Below, in pieces: positions 18,400-28,116 of a stretch of DNA of 64,000 nucleotides. This DNA comes from an uncultured Gemmatimonadales bacterium. Its GTDB lineage: Bacteria > Gemmatimonadota > Gemmatimonadetes > Gemmatimonadales > Gemmatimonadaceae. Below the pieces are notes generated by a model. The model searched no databases, had not been told where the DNA came from, and was given only the letters and a program-made list of their open reading frames with translations. How positions within the stretch are numbered: position 1 is the stretch's first letter; each line of letters opens with the position of its first letter. Location: NCBI GenBank assembly GCA_963850905.1, contig CAWKMU010000004.1, forward strand, positions 608,001 through 672,000, written 5' to 3'. A program made the translations under genes and the position numbers.

Positions 18400-18465
18400 C
18401 GTCGGGGAAACCACGCACAGGCCTGTCAAGCGATCGCCGACGGCAGGGTGGTACATCCGCCGACG
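18400..18465. promoter_or_regulatory. Operator sites upstream of the hypothetical gene at 18561
   Basis: TGTCAAG-cgatc-GCCGACG (18424-18442), with half-sites CGTCGGG (18400) and GCCGACG (18459-18465). Confidence 0.45.
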
Positions 18466-18560
18466 CTGCCCCCGCACCCACTCCTCTAGGTTGTACTCGT
18501 GTGGGATGGATCCTTGGGCGCCATCACGATAGCGGCGTCGGCATGTGAGAGGAGGCCCCG

Positions 18561-18908
18561 ATGTCACCGGTCACCCTGCAGCAGACCTTGCCGCTGTATC
18601 AAGCCCGCTGCTCACTGGTGCGCGCCATCAGGCGCGCGCACATTGGGCGCGGATACGACGCATTCCTGCTCCGAGTCGCCGTGTCGGAATTCACTGAGAG
18701 GCTCCGCCAGGCTCGGATCCCACTGAATCGTACGCTCACCGCGCTCACCGATGCGATCGATGACGGTCTGCTCAGTGGCGGAGGAGAAGCGCTGCGCGCG
18801 ACCATGCTCGATCGTGCAACGTCGTGGGCGACGGAGGTATACGTCGATTGCGCGTCTCGGGCGCGATGCAATACGTGGCCCGCGGGGGTTGGCCTGCTAG
18901 CATCCTAG
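18561..18908 (+). CDS. Hypothetical helical protein
   Basis: Strong RBS GAGGAGG and a protein-like 115-aa ORF with no recognised family. Confidence 0.5.
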   Translation: MSPVTLQQTLPLYQARCSLVRAIRRAHIGRGYDAFLLRVAVSEFTERLRQARIPLNRTLTALTDAIDDGLLSGGGEALRATMLDRATSWATEVYVDCASRARCNTWPAGVGLLAS

Positions 18909-19189
18909 TGCCGCTTCCAACCAACCCCTTGGATATGCATTACGGGCGATGGGGAATCGACTATCTCGTTTCGAGAGCACCTAAGGCCTTGCAGTCCGGC
19001 GCATCATGGCTTGTGGCTATCCATTTGTCCTAGGCCCTTGCCTTCTCGAGTCTGCCGACCGTCCCCTGTACGAGATGAAGCGATCAAAACACTAAGAGTG
19101 CTGGCGCAGACCCCCTGTCCTTCCCCCGATGGTACTGTTCGACGTCACTGATTGTCGGCAATCGACGGCACACCGAAGAGACACTCCCA

Positions 19190-19678
19190 ATGAGCAAACG
19201 GCGCGAGGTACGCTGCTACGACTACGTGAACCATCCGTACGATCGCGTCAGCAGTGCTTTGAGACAGGACGCCCTCAGCGTTTTCCGGTCAGCTACGAAG
19301 GCCGCGGCTGCCCGTGCGCAATCAGTAGCTGCCGAATTGCACGTCGACATTGGCGGCGTGGGGGTGAAGACGGATATAAACATTGCTGTGCAGAGCGTCC
19401 AAGAGACGATTGATGCAACCTCGGGTCCCACCACGCGTTTGATTCTCGAGTGGGAAGCCACAACGACGCCGCGGCTGTTCCCGCTGATGAGGGGCGAGCT
19501 TGCGATCTACCCGCTGACACGGACGGAAACGCAGTTGGATTTCTCGGGGATGTACGAACCGCCGTTCGGAGCCTTGGGAAAGACTCTAGACGCAATTGCC
19601 GGCCATCGCATCGCCGAGGTGTCGGTTCATCGCTTCATTGACGACGTGGCCGCGTATCTCCGACAGACCCTCGTGTAA
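19190..19678 (+). CDS. Conserved hypothetical protein (SRPBCC/cyclase-like fold, inferred)
   Basis: LFPLMRGELAIYPL..TQLDFSGMYEPPFGALGKTLDAIAGHRIAE; normal codon usage. Confidence 0.7.
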   Translation: MSKRREVRCYDYVNHPYDRVSSALRQDALSVFRSATKAAAARAQSVAAELHVDIGGVGVKTDINIAVQSVQETIDATSGPTTRLILEWEATTTPRLFPLMRGELAIYPLTRTETQLDFSGMYEPPFGALGKTLDAIAGHRIAEVSVHRFIDDVAAYLRQTLV

Positions 19679-19989
19679 TCGACGGCCTGAGCCCACCGGC
19701 GCTGGCTACTATGGCGTCACGCTTCCGTGGCCTCACGTTCGGTCGTCCACGGCACGCTGCCACCGCTGCGTCACAACTGTGCCGAATGCCCCGTCCGCCC
19801 TGCCCTACGGCACCTTATTGGATCGACCTTAGTAGTGGACGCCGATCGTCGCCGTCTGCAGCAACCTATATTGAACGCTCGTTCAACATGATCTAATGGT
19901 GGATTGGGTGGTTGTGCACATGTCGCACGACCCCCCCAACGCTTTTTGACTCGATCTCGCCGATCGACTGAGCTGATCGCATAGCGCGA

Positions 19990-21651
19990 ATGCTGGTCCC
20001 GAAGCTGGTCTCGACCCTGAGAGACTACGACCGTGCGCAGTTCGGCCGGGACGTCACGGCCGGCGTCATCGTCGGCATCGTCGCGCTTCCGCTGGCGATC
20101 GCGTTCGCCATCGCGAGTGGCGTCACACCGGGCCGGGGCCTTTGGACCGCGATCGTGGCCGGGTTCCTCATTTCGGCGCTCGGCGGCTCTCGCGTCCAGA
20201 TCGGAGGGCCGACGGGCGCATTTGTCGTGATCGTCTACGGCATCGTCCAAAAATACGGAATCGACGGACTCACGGTGGCGACGCTGATGGCGGGTGCGCT
20301 CCTCGTCGTCATGGGCCTCGCCAAGCTGGGAAGCGCGATCAAGTTCATTCCATACCCCGTGGTCATCGGCTTCACGAGCGGGATCGCGGTCATCATTTTT
20401 TCGAGCCAGATCAAGGACTTGTTCGGCTTGGCGATGGGTGCCGTGCCGGCGGAGTTTCTCAGCAAGTGGATCGCGTTCGTCGAGCACGCGACGGCGTTCA
20501 CACCCGCAGCGATCGCCGTCGGAGGCGCCGCGCTCGCGATCATTGTGGTCTGGCCAAAGATCACTCAGCGGATTCCCGGGCCATTCGTTGCCCTGATCGT
20601 CACGACCGTCGCTGTTCATGTGATGGGACTACAGGTGGAGACGATCGGTACGCGCTTTGGCGAGTTGAACGCCGCAGTGCCGCATCCACAACTGCCACAT
20701 CTGTCCATGGCGCAGGTCACCGGGCTGGTTGGGCCGGCGTTCACGATCGCGATGCTCGCCGCGATCGAGTCGCTCCTCTCCGCCGTCGTCGCGGACGGAA
20801 TGATCGGCGGTCGCCACCGCTCGAACATGGAGTTGGTGGCCCAAGGCGTAGCGAACATTGCCTCTCCGCTGTTCGGCGGCATCCCGGCCACCGGGGCTAT
20901 CGCACGCACGGCGACGAACATCAAGAATGGCGGCCGCACACCAATTGCCGGGATGACCCACGCTGTCACGCTGCTTTTCATCACGCTTTTCTTCGGTCGG
21001 TATGCGGCGCTGATTCCGCTGTCGACCCTGGCCGCCATTCTCGTGGTCGTGGCGTATCACATGAGCGAATGGCGCACTTTTCGGGGTGCGTTGCGCGCGC
21101 CCAAGAGCGACGTCGCCGTGCTGCTCACGACGTTCGGCCTGACGGTGCTCGTCGACCTGACGGTTGCGATATCGGTCGGCATGCTGCTGGCCGCATTTCT
21201 CTTCATCCGCCGCATGGCGACGCTGACCAACGTCAATATTCTCACGGGCGGCATCGAGGATGACTTGTCATTCGATCCGGCGGAGCCGTGGCGTAGAGAC
21301 ATCCCACGAGGAGTCAGCGTCTTCGAAGTCAACGGTCCGTTGTTTTTCGGCGCCGTCGAGACCTTCAGGGAAACACTCGATCACCTCGCGGAGCATCCCA
21401 GAGTATTGATCATCAGAATGCGCGACGTGCATGCGCTGGATTCGACCGGCATCCATGCGCTCACGGATGTGATGCGCCGGAGCCGCCGGGCGGGATCGGA
21501 CGTTCTCTTCACCGAGGTTCAGGCTCAGCCCCTGGCCGCGCTCACCGCTTCGGGCACGCTGGACGAAATCGGCACGGCCAATGTCTTTCCGGAAATCGAC
21601 GATGCACTCGCGCGGACGTACGAGATGGTTCCCTACCGGGCCAATAGCTAG
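19990..21651 (+). CDS. sulP: SulP-family anion permease with STAS domain
   Basis: DVTAGVIVGIVALPLAIAF, QIGGPTGAF, ESLLSA, TGAIART and the STAS motif NGPLFFGA. Confidence 0.95.
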   Translation: MLVPKLVSTLRDYDRAQFGRDVTAGVIVGIVALPLAIAFAIASGVTPGRGLWTAIVAGFLISALGGSRVQIGGPTGAFVVIVYGIVQKYGIDGLTVATLMAGALLVVMGLAKLGSAIKFIPYPVVIGFTSGIAVIIFSSQIKDLFGLAMGAVPAEFLSKWIAFVEHATAFTPAAIAVGGAALAIIVVWPKITQRIPGPFVALIVTTVAVHVMGLQVETIGTRFGELNAAVPHPQLPHLSMAQVTGLVGPAFTIAMLAAIESLLSAVVADGMIGGRHRSNMELVAQGVANIASPLFGGIPATGAIARTATNIKNGGRTPIAGMTHAVTLLFITLFFGRYAALIPLSTLAAILVVVAYHMSEWRTFRGALRAPKSDVAVLLTTFGLTVLVDLTVAISVGMLLAAFLFIRRMATLTNVNILTGGIEDDLSFDPAEPWRRDIPRGVSVFEVNGPLFFGAVETFRETLDHLAEHPRVLIIRMRDVHALDSTGIHALTDVMRRSRRAGSDVLFTEVQAQPLAALTASGTLDEIGTANVFPEIDDALARTYEMVPYRANS

Positions 21652-21657
21652 GCGAAT

Positions 21658-22401
21658 GTGAGTGTCGACCCCGGGCGGGGGTTCGCAAACCGAGGAGAGT
21701 CCATCATGCGTGGCGGCAAGATCGAACAGCACCGCACAGAGCGCGCTGGGTGGCTCCGCGCGGCAGTACTGGGCGCGAACGACGGCGTGCTGTCAACATC
21801 GAGTCTCGTGCTCGGCGTCGCGTCTGCCAACGCGACCCACAGCAATGTGCTCGTCGCAGGGATAGCCGGCCTGGTGGCTGGTGCTATGTCGATGGCGGCC
21901 GGGGAGTACGTGTCCGTGCATTCGCAGGCGGACGCCGAAGCGGCCGACCTCGAGCGTGAGCGCGCAGAGCTTAAAGCGGATGACCAGGGCGAGCACAAGG
22001 AACTGATGGCGATCTACGTGGCTCGCGGTCTCGATGCTCCCCTTGCGAAACAAGTCGCTGACCAACTGATGGCCCATGATGCATTGGGGGCACACGCCCG
22101 TGACGAACTCGGCATCTCAACGCAGATGCGTGCGCGCCCGATCCAGGCTGCCGTGACCTCCGCCGCGAGCTTCGGCGTTGGGGCCGCGATGCCCCTAGTA
22201 GTCACCGTTGTCTCCCCGGCGGTCGGCCTGATCCCACTTGTATCTGCATGCTCTCTGGCGTTTCTCGCCCTTCTCGGCGGGTTGGCTGCATACGCTGGCG
22301 GCGCCAGGGTGATCATCGGCGCGGTGCGTGTCACGTTTTGGGGAGCGTTGGCAATGGGCGTCACATCTGGCATCGGTTCACTCTTCGGAACGGCCCGCTG
22401 A
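21658..22401 (+). CDS. VIT1/CCC1 Fe/Mn transporter family protein
   Basis: WLRAAVLGANDG, MSMAAGEYVSV and HARDELG. The real start may be ATG 21706. Confidence 0.93.
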   Translation: MSVDPGRGFANRGESIMRGGKIEQHRTERAGWLRAAVLGANDGVLSTSSLVLGVASANATHSNVLVAGIAGLVAGAMSMAAGEYVSVHSQADAEAADLERERAELKADDQGEHKELMAIYVARGLDAPLAKQVADQLMAHDALGAHARDELGISTQMRARPIQAAVTSAASFGVGAAMPLVVTVVSPAVGLIPLVSACSLAFLALLGGLAAYAGGARVIIGAVRVTFWGALAMGVTSGIGSLFGTAR

Positions 22402-22700
22402 GCAGGATCCTATCGGTGCCAGAGTTGGGCGACGAAGCGATCATCAAACAGAGTCCCCATTTTTGGGCCGCTATGCGGCCAAAAATAGGGGCGCTCTCGA
22501 GGCGCAATAGCAACCCCGGCGGCTTGTAACGACCGTGCCTGTCGCTCGCCAACGGCTGAAGGTTACTGTTCAGAGTCGAGTATCGCACGCGGATCGAGAC
22601 TCAGCCGGAAATGGCACCAGGGTGCGGATCGCATCATCCGAATTACAACGCGATCTAGCCACAATTTCACGAGTCGCCACCCAAGCGGAGGAGAACGTTT

Positions 22701-23384
22701 TTGGATATCAGTCTGCCGAAACATCTAGAGTCCAAAGTCTCCCCAAGACGCGGATCGCCGGAACGTCGGCAGCGACTCGGCCACGAGTACGGCCTGTTCC
22801 TTTCCGAGGCGCTGCGATCGCTCTCCGTCACGGCTTCGCTGTTTCCAAGCTCCCGGTTCCTGGCCTCTGCTCTGCTACGGGCCATCGACTTCGATGCCGC
22901 GAGGGTGATTGTCGAGCTTGGAGTCGGCACGGGCGCAATTACGAAGGAGATTCTGCGGCGGTTGCAGCCCAACGCCGTTTTGCTCGGCGTCGATCTCAAT
23001 CCAGCCTTCGTCAACCACGTCGGGCGGACGACTGAGGACTCCCGTTTTGTCCCAATCCTCGGGCAAGCGGAGCGGCTGGGTACCCTGCTGAGCCAGCACG
23101 GCATCGGCCGGGCGGATGCAATCGTGTCGTCTCTTGGCCTGACCGGTATGCACCCATCTCAACGGTCGACCATCATGACGCAAGCCGCCGCGTGCCTGAC
23201 ACGCGACGGCGTGCTGACACAGTATCAATATTTGCACGCCAACGGCGAGCCAAACTGGGTTTCCTCACTCGGTCTGACGCGTTTCCCGGAAAAGGAGTTT
23301 CTGAAAGCGCACTTCCGTCACGTCGCTTCCGAGCGCGTCATCTGGAATCTTCCGCCAGCGAGAGTCTACTCTTGTCGCGTCTAG
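22701..23384 (+). CDS. Phospholipid N-methyltransferase (PmtA-like SAM methyltransferase)
   Basis: PSSRFLA, VELGVGTGAIT, TQYQY and WNLPPARVY; RBS GGAGGAG. Confidence 0.85.
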   Translation: MDISLPKHLESKVSPRRGSPERRQRLGHEYGLFLSEALRSLSVTASLFPSSRFLASALLRAIDFDAARVIVELGVGTGAITKEILRRLQPNAVLLGVDLNPAFVNHVGRTTEDSRFVPILGQAERLGTLLSQHGIGRADAIVSSLGLTGMHPSQRSTIMTQAAACLTRDGVLTQYQYLHANGEPNWVSSLGLTRFPEKEFLKAHFRHVASERVIWNLPPARVYSCRV

Positions 23385-23497
23385 ACAGCTAAAGCACTCA
23401 CCGAATAGAGTGTACGGTGTGGACTGACTTCTTCATGGCGACTACCGGCGCATTAGCGGCTACTCCTCCTTAACGCTTACACACTGAGGTTGCCATC

Positions 23498-23878
23498 ATG
23501 CAGGGGTACGACGTTGGTGCACTGGCCGTCCGACTGATGGTGGCCGGAGAGTTTCTGCCCAGCGGTATTTTCAGTCTTCGGGATCCGACCGGCCGCGCGA
23601 AGTTGAACGGCGTGAGTCCGGCTCTCATGGTGTTCATCGCCGTCGCGGAGATTGCCGCCGGTTTCGGGCTGATCGCCGGAGTTCTGGCGCGGGCGGCGGC
23701 ACTCGGTCTGATCGCGATCATGGCCGGCGCTATCTATAAGAAGGCGTTCGTCTGGCACACCGGGTATTGGGGCAAGGGCAGCATGGGATGGCACTACGAG
23801 CTCATGCTGGTCACGATGAACCTCCTGATCGCCCTCGCGGGCCCAGGCCGGCTCTCGCTCCTGCCGACGCCGTTCTAA
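23498..23878 (+). CDS. DoxX-family membrane protein
   Basis: AEIAAG..L..G..AR.AALGL, GWHYEL and GPGRLSL. Confidence 0.85.
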   Translation: MQGYDVGALAVRLMVAGEFLPSGIFSLRDPTGRAKLNGVSPALMVFIAVAEIAAGFGLIAGVLARAAALGLIAIMAGAIYKKAFVWHTGYWGKGSMGWHYELMLVTMNLLIALAGPGRLSLLPTPF

Positions 23879-23944
23879 CGGGGATCCCAGCGCCCGTTTG
23901 GCGCGATCAACCTGACCCAGACCGCTTTTCATCGAGGAGGAGTC

Positions 23945-24889
23945 ATGCGCGCCGTCACGGTAAGCGACTATGGGCAGGAGCCCGTGGTCTCTGAGCTCCC
24001 AAAGCCTCAGCCTGGCCCCGGACAAATCCTTATCAAGGTGCGCGCCGCGGGCATGAATCCGATCGACCGCCAGATCGCGGCGGGTGTCTGGAAGGCACTA
24101 ATGCCGGCAACGTTCCCACTCGTCCTCGGTAGCGATGTCTCCGGCGTGGTGGATGCGGTCGGCCCAGATGAGACAGTATTCCAACCCGGCGACGAAGTGT
24201 TCGGCCAGCTCATGGAACTGCCACTCGGCTCGACGGGCACCTTCGCCGAGTACGTCGCAGTTGCCGCAGGCGCTCCGCTCGCGCGGACGCCCGAGAAGGT
24301 TGATCCCGTCGTCGCGGCCGCTCTTCCAACCTCCGGCGTCACGGCGCTCGAGATCGTAGACACGCTTTCGCCCCTTCCGGGGAAGACGATGCTCCTGATT
24401 GGCGCGGGCGGTGGCGTCGGGTCTTTCCTCACCCAGTTTGCCGCGCGAGGTGGCGCAGAAATCCTGGCAAGTGTCCGCGGGAGATCCGCCAAACGAGTGC
24501 GCAACTATGGCGCAGCCGAGACGATCGACTACACCACGACGTCGGTGATCGATGCCGTCGGACGCGCCCATCCCGACGGCATCGACCTGCTCGTCGACCT
24601 CGCGAGCGATGCACCCGAGTTCGCGGCACTCGCTCGGCTCGTCCGGCGTGGCGGCAGCGCGTTGACGACACGCCACGTCGCCGATGTCGACGCCCTCGGC
24701 GCGGCAGGCATCAAGGGAATCAACTTCCGGGAAAAGGTGTCGGCCGATGCGATGCGACGTCTGGCCGACGCTGTCGGAAACCGGGGCATCGAGCCGCCGC
24801 CGATCACGCGCATCAAACTGGCCGACGTGCCCGCAGTCATGAACAATCCGGCCGGTCAGGCGGACGGCAAGACCGTCATCACGCCATGA
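23945..24889 (+). CDS. NADP-dependent quinone oxidoreductase-like MDR
   Basis: AAGMNPID, LGSDVSGVV and GAGGGVGS. Confidence 0.9.
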   Translation: MRAVTVSDYGQEPVVSELPKPQPGPGQILIKVRAAGMNPIDRQIAAGVWKALMPATFPLVLGSDVSGVVDAVGPDETVFQPGDEVFGQLMELPLGSTGTFAEYVAVAAGAPLARTPEKVDPVVAAALPTSGVTALEIVDTLSPLPGKTMLLIGAGGGVGSFLTQFAARGGAEILASVRGRSAKRVRNYGAAETIDYTTTSVIDAVGRAHPDGIDLLVDLASDAPEFAALARLVRRGGSALTTRHVADVDALGAAGIKGINFREKVSADAMRRLADAVGNRGIEPPPITRIKLADVPAVMNNPAGQADGKTVITP

Positions 24890-25030
24890 AGGTTCGCGCG
24901 GAGGCCAGGTGCTGCGGGGGACTGGTTCGGCACACCCACCCTTTTCCCGCAGCACGCTCATCGCGTTCGCGTGGCGCGAGGGGTGCATCTCGTTAGCTAG
25001 CGTTCCCAACCGCGTATATAGGAGGAGCTC

Positions 25031-25201
25031 ATGGACCGAGACCCTGACGAGCAGCCCGCGGACGACATCGAGGCACAGCGCGGCGATCAACCTGGCGAAC
25101 AGCACTCACGCCGACTGCTAGAAAGCGAGGAGGCGCAGGAGCCCCCCGACGGCGCCATGCCGGTGGACAAGGAAATCGAGCAGAACGACCGCAAGATGTA
25201 G
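25031..25201 (+). CDS. Small acidic hydrophilic protein (56 aa), below the ORF-track cut-off
   Basis: GGAGGAG precedes the ATG: MDRDPDEQPADDIEAQRGDQPGEQHSRRLLESEEAQEPPDGAMPVDKEIEQNDRKM*; GC3-rich codons. Confidence 0.55.
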   Translation: MDRDPDEQPADDIEAQRGDQPGEQHSRRLLESEEAQEPPDGAMPVDKEIEQNDRKM

Positions 25202-25282
25202 CCGTCACCGGCGGTGCGACGGCCAGCGATTCGCCGCTGGTCTGTCGTACCCTCGGCGCCAGCGTCGCGACTGGACGTCCGT

Positions 25283-25672
25283 TCACGTTACCTCCACCGA
25301 TGGCGGCGTGACGGTCGCCCACCGCTCGGCGATTTTGCTGCCCTCGATGCGCCAGAGCACAAAGCCGTTGAACCGCATCCGCTTGCCGGATCCCAGGTCG
25401 GTCCATCTCCAGACGTTCTTGCAGACGACTTTGTCGCGTTCGGCAATCATGTCCTCGATCGTGACCTTGAGATCGGGCATCGCCGTGTACATCGCGAGCA
25501 TCATCTGCTCATCGCCAGCCACGTCGGTAGGCCTGCCGCCAGGTCCATCGTGATCGAAGAAATCCGGCGTCATGTTCTTCCGAATGGCGGCGGCGTCTCG
25601 CTTGTTGACGAACTCCTCGAAATGACTGCTGACCAATTGCTTCATTTGGTCGGGTGTGAGCTGGGTCGCCAT
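25283..25672 (-). CDS. SnoaL-like ester cyclase
   Basis: AMPDLKVTIEDMIAERDKV and GSKIAERW. Confidence 0.88.
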   Translation of the reverse strand: MATQLTPDQMKQLVSSHFEEFVNKRDAAAIRKNMTPDFFDHDGPGGRPTDVAGDEQMMLAMYTAMPDLKVTIEDMIAERDKVVCKNVWRWTDLGSGKRMRFNGFVLWRIEGSKIAERWATVTPPSVEVT

Positions 25673-25761
25673 GAGTCACTCTTCCGCTGAGGGTGATGTC
25701 CCAACGCAGCGTTCGCAATGTGCGACGAGGAGATCGAGCAACCCCGTGCGTAGCCTGCCGG

Positions 25762-26334
25762 CTAGTTGGCCAACCAATCATCCGTGGCGGTCGTGCTGTC
25801 CCCCATGTTGGTGAACGTAATCTTTTGGAACGTCAGTTGAAACTCTTCCAGCTCATTCGTGTGGACCTGCTCCGTCGCCGTCCCTCCGCTGAAGGTGTGC
25901 GTCGCCACGACCTGCCCGCTCGGACCCAACTGGTCGATCTGAATCACGCACGCCGGCGGGTTGCACAAACTCACGTGGGATAGCGCTTCGCTAGCCTGGC
26001 TTCGGGCTTGCACCTGGATCAGCAGGATGCCTGGCGGTCGCCGCAGCTGTCCGAGCTGATGCTGCGCCCGGATTTGCGCCCCCGTAGGGAGCGCAGCGCC
26101 GCCGGGACCGGTGGCGGCCGTCAGTCCGTTGAAAACAGTCCCCCTGCCATTGATCCACATGACGAGTCGAAGCGTCGGCGACACCGCATTCATTCCGACC
26201 ACGCCTTGTGGCTGCACGGGCAGTCGCGCAGTCGGCACGGTAGTGCGAGGAATCTGCGCCTGACTGGCATTCGCCAGGGTCACGGCCAGAGTGGCAGCCA
26301 CCACGCGCCACACGAGTGACGATGAGCAATGCAC
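25762..26334 (-). CDS. Secreted protein with a divergent Hcp/TssD-like C-terminus
   Basis: Signal peptide ending ASQA-Q. The C-terminus HTNELEEFQLTFQKITFTNMGDSTTATDDW resembles Hcp ends. The GTG start follows GGAGA. Confidence 0.55.
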   Translation of the reverse strand: MHCSSSLVWRVVAATLAVTLANASQAQIPRTTVPTARLPVQPQGVVGMNAVSPTLRLVMWINGRGTVFNGLTAATGPGGAALPTGAQIRAQHQLGQLRRPPGILLIQVQARSQASEALSHVSLCNPPACVIQIDQLGPSGQVVATHTFSGGTATEQVHTNELEEFQLTFQKITFTNMGDSTTATDDWLAN

Positions 26335-26656
26335 ACGGTCTCCATGGAAAGAGTGAGGACAGCAGATCCTGCGCTCGACGATGTGTCTGACAGGCGCTGC
26401 GCGAGCGCTGATCCCCACCCGGACGGGTGAGTATCGCTCTCGCCTTATTTGTGTCACCACCTCGCTAGCGGTTTCGTCCCACCCCGCCGCGGACAGTACA
26501 TGGGCGTTCGGTGTACACTAAGGCGGCGCGCACCCCGCGCTGTATCGGCCTGGCGACCCGACCGACTCCCGCTACATCCGGCGATAATATCGCCCAGCCC
26601 GAACGCGGAACGGCTCGCGTCGAGAAACGAGAATCAACACGCGCAAGGAGGCTCAC

Positions 26657-26899
26657 TTGAGGGTGTCCGTTTTTGTCGGGACCAGCGTGGATGGCTGTAT
26701 CGCCCGTCCGAGCGCCGAGCTCGATTTTCTACCGGTCGGAGGTGGTGAGCCACACGGCTACAACGAATTCATCGCCACGGTCGACACGATTGTCATAGGC
26801 CGCAAGACATTCGAGACGGTTGTGGCACTTGGGGCATGGCCTTATGAGGACAAACGCGTCGTGGTGCTGAGGACGCCGGGCAGGCTGACGGCGAATTAG
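26657..26899 (+). pseudogene. Truncated DHFR/RibD C-terminal-domain family gene (N-terminal half only)
   Basis: GTSVDGCIARP and IVIGRKTFETV..WPY..KRVVVL, after which similarity ends at about 71 aa. Confidence 0.8.
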
Positions 26900-26959
26900 G
26901 ACCTTGGCCAAACCGACGGGCGTCGCCATCCTGACGGGATGTGGAACGCAACAGGCGGC

Positions 26960-27947
26960 CTATCGCGCCAGCCGCCGCCGGGAACGGCGAAGCGTCCCAA
27001 GCGCCACGCGGAGATCCGCCAGGCTGTTGAGCGGAACGGCGCTGATCTCGGCAAGCGATGAGCCATAGGCCGTTGCCCCCGCGCCACCGACCAGCACTGT
27101 GATGTCCTTGGGCAGAGCGCTCCGCAGGCGGCGCAGCTCGTCGCCTACTGCGAGGTCGCCCGTCGGATATACGATACTCAGCGCCACGGCACGCGCCCGC
27201 GTCCGAATGGCGGCCTCGGCGATGTCCTCGGCTGGCAGGTCTGGGCCAAGGTAGGTGACCCGCCACCCCTCGGCCGTCGCGGTTGCCGCGACGAGCAGTG
27301 CGCCAAACTCGTGGACCTGACCAGTGGGCGTCGCGACGACGAGGTTCGCTGTGGCGAACGGCGAGGTCGCACTTTCAACGACGCGTTCCAGCACGCGGCG
27401 TAGTACCGCCGCTGCGAGGTGCTCGTGCACGGGACGCAGTGTCCCTTCCCGCCAGCCTGTGCCAACGCGCTCGAGCAACGGCACCACAACCGCATCGAGG
27501 AGCGCCGCGACGGGGAGCGTGACTGCCGCGCGCCGGAGGACCGCGTCGAGCGCCGTCGCATTCGAGGCGTGCGACCGCCCGAAATGCGTCGTCCAGGAAA
27601 TCAGTGGCCGCAGGTAGTGCGCCGCGGTCCCGGGCCGGCGCTCCTGGGCTCCCGAGTCCCGCCTCGGCGTCGGCGGTCACGTCTCTGCGGACCAGCGCGG
27701 CGAGTGCTTCGGTCGGAAGGTCGGCCACTTGTCCAATGCTTCGGCCCGCCAGCGTGGCGCGATAGAGCAGGCGTAGTCGCTCGATGTCGGCGTCCGAGTA
27801 AAGACGACGGCCACCCTCCGATCGTGCCGGCGTGACGACGTCGTACCGTCGCTCCCATGCGCGCAAGAGATCGGCGCTCAGCCCGGTGCGACGGGTCACG
27901 ACCCGCATCGGATGGCGGTGCTGCTTGGACGTCGCCTGCGAGGGCAT
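26960..27947 (-). CDS. carH: CarH/LitR-type MerR-HTH plus cobalamin-binding regulator with a +1 frameshift near 27561
   Basis: MerR HTH (LRAWERRY..P.RSEGGRRLYS), W-x9-EH (WREGTLRPVHEH), QVHEFG and YLGPDLP. Removing one A from CTCGAATGCG joins the two ORFs. Span is 988 bp = 3n+1. Confidence 0.8.
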
Positions 27948-27954
27948 GGGTCGA

Positions 27955-28034
27955 ATGCTAGCGAGGGCGGTCAGCCGGTGTCAAGATTATGTATTGGACA
28001 AAAGCTTGACAAATACCGGGTGCTCGGATAGGTT
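27955..28034. promoter_or_regulatory. Back-to-back sigma70 promoters overlapped by CarH-type 11-bp repeats
   Basis: Plus strand: TTGACA (28006-28011)-17-TAGGTT. Minus strand: TTGACA (27984-27979)-18-TAGCAT. TGGACA (27995) and TTGACA (28006) are 11 bp apart. Confidence 0.65.
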
Positions 28035-28116
28035 GCTAGAAGGCAAGCTGGAGGCCATCGGGGCCCGGTTGTCCGGTGCGGCTGAAGTCGGGGTCCCTAC
28101 TGAAGGGGAGGCATGT

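Noticed and set aside
23393..23413. CIRCE-like AGCACTC...GAGTGT upstream of doxX
   Set aside because: The spacer is 8 nt rather than 9 and the outer bases do not match, so it is unlikely to bind HrcA.
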